Positions 61,016 through 64,000 of a DNA stretch of 64,000 nucleotides are shown piece after piece. Made by a program: the position numbers and the translations under genes. Positions within the stretch are counted from its first letter, which is position 1. Each line of letters begins with the position of its first letter. Source of the stretch: an uncultured bacterium. GTDB lineage: Bacteria > Armatimonadota > Hebobacteria > CAIYQO01. Under the pieces are notes generated by a model, which was not told the origin of the DNA, did not search any database, and saw only the letters and a program-made list of their open reading frames with translations. The stretch covers positions 117,220 through 181,219 of the forward strand of contig CAYYJR010000001.1 in NCBI GenBank assembly GCA_964472305.1, given 5' to 3'.

Positions 61016-62227
61016 TTATTCATTGGAGGTCGCGCCAACCGGGCCGCCTTCGCGTCGCAGCAATTCTTTGCGCGCTAACTGCTTCACCAGGCTTACGTCA
61101 TTGCGGATGGCCGTCGGCACGCTGCCACCCGTCATGCGGCCGATTACCACATCGAGGCGCGTCAACGCCTGCAGATCGACCAGGGTGACGAGGTGGGGAT
61201 AGGTGACGAGCATCTCGCGCAGCACATGAAAGGCATCGTTTGCGGTCTTCTCGTCGGTAGCGTATTCGATCAAGGGTCGCACGGCGCGCGGATCGCCCAG
61301 CATGCTCAGCGCCGCAACGGCCTTCCAGCGCACCGCGGGCACGTCGTCATCAAAGGCTTTTTCCAGCGCGGCAATGGCGCGCGGGTCGCGCAGCATCCCC
61401 AGCGCTTCCGCCGCCGCCTTGCGTAAGTCGGGATTCTTATCTTTCAGCGCCGTCAGCAGCGGGTCCACCGCGCGTGGATTGCCGATGGTGCCGAGTGCCG
61501 TCGCCGCGCGCGCGCGGATGACCGCTTTGCCACGGGTGAGCAGGAAGATCAACGGCTCCACCGCGGTCTCGCCAAAGCCGACCAGCGCGGAAACAGCGCG
61601 GAACTGCACCCATTCCTCGGTGTCGGCGATTGCGGCTAGCAGCGCGTTGATGACGCGCGGATTGCCCAAACGACCCAGCGCCTCGGCAGCCGCCGCGCGC
61701 ACCTCGCCCTTCTCGTCATTGCGCAACAGCGCCAGCAGCGGATCGATGGCGCGCTCGTTGCCGAGTTTACCCACCGCGCGCGCCGATACCTCGCGAATGC
61801 GTTCGTCAGTATCCGATAATCCGGCCAGCAACGCCTCGACCTCACGTGTATCGCCGTTGTCGCCCAGCGTCTCGATCATTAACAGTCGGGTGGCGACATC
61901 GGCCATGTGCAGCGCGGAGATGAGTAGATTGGTCGCCTGCGGGCCGACTAATGCGCGCAATGCGGCGACCGCGCTCTTCCGCACCGCGGGATCGCTGTCG
62001 GCGAACGCGCGCACGAGCGGTTTCACCACGATGGTGACCCCGAAGCGCCCGAGCCCCTCCACCGCCTTGCTGCGGATAATCGGGTCATCATCACGCGTAG
62101 ACGACAACAGCAATCCCAACGCGCGCGGATCATCGGAAGCCGCTAATTGCTCGACGGCATATAACCGATCCGACTGCACGAAGGAACGCAGGTCAAAACG
62201 CAATTTGATGAGTCGCAGCCAGTGCAT
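61016..62227 (-). CDS. HEAT-repeat (PBS lyase-like) protein
   Basis: 403 aa of repeated ...RxxAxxALGxLGDPRAVxPL... units. Confidence 0.75.
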   Translation of the reverse strand: MHWLRLIKLRFDLRSFVQSDRLYAVEQLAASDDPRALGLLLSSTRDDDPIIRSKAVEGLGRFGVTIVVKPLVRAFADSDPAVRKSAVAALRALVGPQATNLLISALHMADVATRLLMIETLGDNGDTREVEALLAGLSDTDERIREVSARAVGKLGNERAIDPLLALLRNDEKGEVRAAAAEALGRLGNPRVINALLAAIADTEEWVQFRAVSALVGFGETAVEPLIFLLTRGKAVIRARAATALGTIGNPRAVDPLLTALKDKNPDLRKAAAEALGMLRDPRAIAALEKAFDDDVPAVRWKAVAALSMLGDPRAVRPLIEYATDEKTANDAFHVLREMLVTYPHLVTLVDLQALTRLDVVIGRMTGGSVPTAIRNDVSLVKQLARKELLRREGGPVGATSNE

Positions 62228-62626
62228 CGTCGAACGTCCCCTGTCTTCAACGGCGACGCCAGCGAAATCCCGTGTTGCGGTGTCGTCGTCTACGAATTCT
62301 TCGCCTCATCCGTTAACCGCCGATCCATACAATCGACCGGCATTCTTCTATCATGATAATGATAACATGAATTCGGTGGCGATGGTACACGCAGCAGGAA
62401 ATCGCTGATGATTTCGCCGTGGGCACGGCCGCACGGCAACACGAAGCCTGTCCTGTCCAACCACCGAGCCGGCACACGGGATGCACAGGCTGTGATCCTG
62501 CTACGTCAATGCGCTGCATCAGGCGTTTCGGGTGAGCCCCTGTATGCTCAAAGGAGCCACCGTACCCTCCTCACAACAAAAAAATTTCCCGTGGTGCAAT
62601 GATCTTACATGTTTAGATAGCAGCAC

Positions 62627-62647
62627 GCTTGACAACAATAGACTCAA
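62627..62647. promoter_or_regulatory. HAIR-like inverted repeat (HspR operator type) overlapping the dnaK -35
   Basis: CTTGACA acaatag ACTCAAG versus the HAIR consensus CTTGAGT-N7-ACTCAAG. Right arm 7/7, left arm 5/7. Confidence 0.5.
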
Positions 62648-62656
62648 GCTATATGC
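62628..62656 (+). promoter_or_regulatory. sigma-A type promoter for dnaK (TTGACA-N17-TATGCT)
   Basis: ttgacaacaatagactcaagctatatgct, about 60 nt upstream of the dnaK ATG. Confidence 0.55.
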
Positions 62657-62716
62657 TATAAGCAATGATAGCCGTCGCGAAAGCCAGGCGGCAAATTCAA
62701 GTGGAGGTATCACACC

Positions 62717-64000
62717 ATGGCAAAGGTTATCGGAATTGACCTCGGGACTACCAACTCGGTCGTGTCGGTGATGGAAGGCGGTGAGCCAACCGTCATCACG
62801 AATCCCGAAGGCAGCCGCCTGACGCCCTCGGTGGTGGCGTTCACCAAGGCCGGTGAGCGATTGGTCGGCCAACCCGCCAAACGGCAGGCGACCATCAATT
62901 CGGAAAATACGGTCTTTTCCATCAAGCGTTTCATGGGGCGCCGGTATGACGAGGTCGCCACCGAACGCGGGATGGTGCCCTATAAGGTCACCACCGGAGC
63001 CGGCGGCATGGCGGTGGTGGAGGTACAGGGGAAAACCTACACCCCCGAGGAAATTTCCGCGATGGTGCTGCAAAAACTGAAATCCGACGCGGAAACTTAC
63101 CTGGGCGAAAAGGTGGACGAGGCCGTCATCACCGTTCCGGCTTACTTCAACGACGCGCAGCGCACCGCCACCAAAACGGCGGGCGAGATCGCGGGATTGA
63201 AGGTGCTGCGCATCATCAACGAGCCGACGGCGGCGGCGCTGGCCTACGGGCTGGACCGCAAGAAGGACGAGACCATCCTGGTCTGGGACCTGGGCGGCGG
63301 CACCTTCGACGTGTCGGTACTCGACGTGGGCGACGGCGTATTTGAAGTGCGCTCTACCAACGGCGACACCCACCTGGGCGGCGACGACTGGGACGAGTGC
63401 ATCGTGAACTGGATGGCGGACGAATTTAAGAAGGAGCAGGGCATCGACCTGCGCCAGGACCGCCAGGCGTTGCAGCGTCTGCGCGAGGCGGCGGAGAAGG
63501 CGAAGATCGAGCTGTCCACCACGGTGCAGACGAACATTAACCTGCCCTTCGTCACCGCGGACCAGAACGGGCCGAAGCACCTGGATATGGTGCTCACCCG
63601 CGCGAAGTTCGAAGATTTGACGCACGACCTCGTGAAGCGGATGGAAGTACCGTTCCAGAGCGCGCTGCGCGATGCCGGCCTTTCCGCCAGCGAGTTGGAC
63701 GAGGTGATCATGGTCGGCGGGTCCACCCGCATGCCGATGGTTATCGAACTGGTACGCAAGCTGGCTGGCAAGGAGCCCCATCGCGGCGTGAACCCGGACG
63801 AAGTGGTCGCGGTCGGCGCTGCCATCCAGGGATCGGTGCTGGCCGGCGAGACCACGGGCGTGGTGCTGCTCGACGTCACCCCGCTGACACTGGGCATCGA
63901 GACTGCGGGCGGCATCTTTACCCGCATGATCGAGCGCAACACCACCATCCCGACGCGGAAGACGGAGACCTTCACCACCTACGGCGATGGCCAGACGGCG
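62717..64000 (+). CDS. dnaK: molecular chaperone DnaK (Hsp70), 5' part; continues past window end
   Basis: [28 protein letters not shown]...[10 protein letters not shown]...; absent from the ORF track only because it has no stop in the window. Confidence 0.97.
   Translation, partial: MAKVIGIDLGTTNSVVSVMEGGEPTVITNPEGSRLTPSVVAFTKAGERLVGQPAKRQATINSENTVFSIKRFMGRRYDEVATERGMVPYKVTTGAGGMAVVEVQGKTYTPEEISAMVLQKLKSDAETYLGEKVDEAVITVPAYFNDAQRTATKTAGEIAGLKVLRIINEPTAAALAYGLDRKKDETILVWDLGGGTFDVSVLDVGDGVFEVRSTNGDTHLGGDDWDECIVNWMADEFKKEQGIDLRQDRQALQRLREAAEKAKIELSTTVQTNINLPFVTADQNGPKHLDMVLTRAKFEDLTHDLVKRMEVPFQSALRDAGLSASELDEVIMVGGSTRMPMVIELVRKLAGKEPHRGVNPDEVVAVGAAIQGSVLAGETTGVVLLDVTPLTLGIETAGGIFTRMIERNTTIPTRKTETFTTYGDGQTA

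Noticed and set aside
62519-63978. Minus-strand ORFs (420 aa and 244 aa) at the window end
   Set aside because: Antisense to dnaK, whose plus-strand frame is unambiguous.

Overview
This is a high-GC (~65%) bacterial chromosomal segment dominated by housekeeping genes. The six-frame track is crowded with antisense ORFs, which I treated as spurious artefacts of the high GC. Clues to lineage: a close ortholog of sporulation sigma factor SigH, a short four-domain S1 protein and a KtrAB-like potassium uptake pair all point to a Firmicutes-like organism; an SLH-domain OmpM-like outer-membrane protein points to a diderm envelope.

Supported genes, in order:
- a tandem ABC exporter pair;
- a low-GC islet (AT-rich DNA, a small wHTH protein, a 700-bp ORF-poor stretch, and a secreted C39-like peptidase-SH3b-FN3-(Y_Y_Y)x5 protein with 582-bp near-identical tandem coding repeats) that abuts a cluster of tRNA-Arg, tRNA-Ser and tRNA-Thr;
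- groES-groEL with a perfect CIRCE operator, and glyQ;
- a pseudopilin, a PFK-family kinase, an NTP-transferase and rsmB;
- two adjacent SPFH proteins, an ispB-like polyprenyl synthase, a secreted HExxH protein and ktrAB-like genes;
- two tandem paralogous NTP-transferase-LbH genes, a GT4 glycosyltransferase and proA;
- rpsA and tex;
- an RRM RNA-binding protein and a DEAD-box helicase arranged divergently;
- an ECF sigma factor and ZAS anti-sigma factor followed by a co-directional six-gene cluster of signal-peptide proteins;
- an SLH-collagen-like-beta-barrel outer-membrane protein;
- aroQ, an M24 peptidase, an orphan receiver-domain protein and an RCK-domain channel;
- sigH, trpC, an M19 dipeptidase, two hydrolases and hisD;
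- a DUF1801 protein, a class A PBP, a HEAT-repeat protein and the 5' part of dnaK.

The most interesting locus is 35.7-45.6 kb. It is an ECF sigma/anti-sigma module followed by a co-directional six-gene cluster of signal-peptide proteins. Those proteins are built from repeated LPP20-like and TolB-N/CsgG/LpoB-like domains plus an FGE-sulfatase-fold protein. The anti-sigma factor's periplasmic domain shares the same fold. I think this is a candidate undescribed ECF-controlled envelope assembly, immediately upstream of the SLH-porin gene.

Other notable signals are a HAIR-like (HspR-type) inverted repeat over the dnaK -35 alongside CIRCE at groESL, tRNA-like fragments suggesting an islet boundary, and low-GC mosaic patches.
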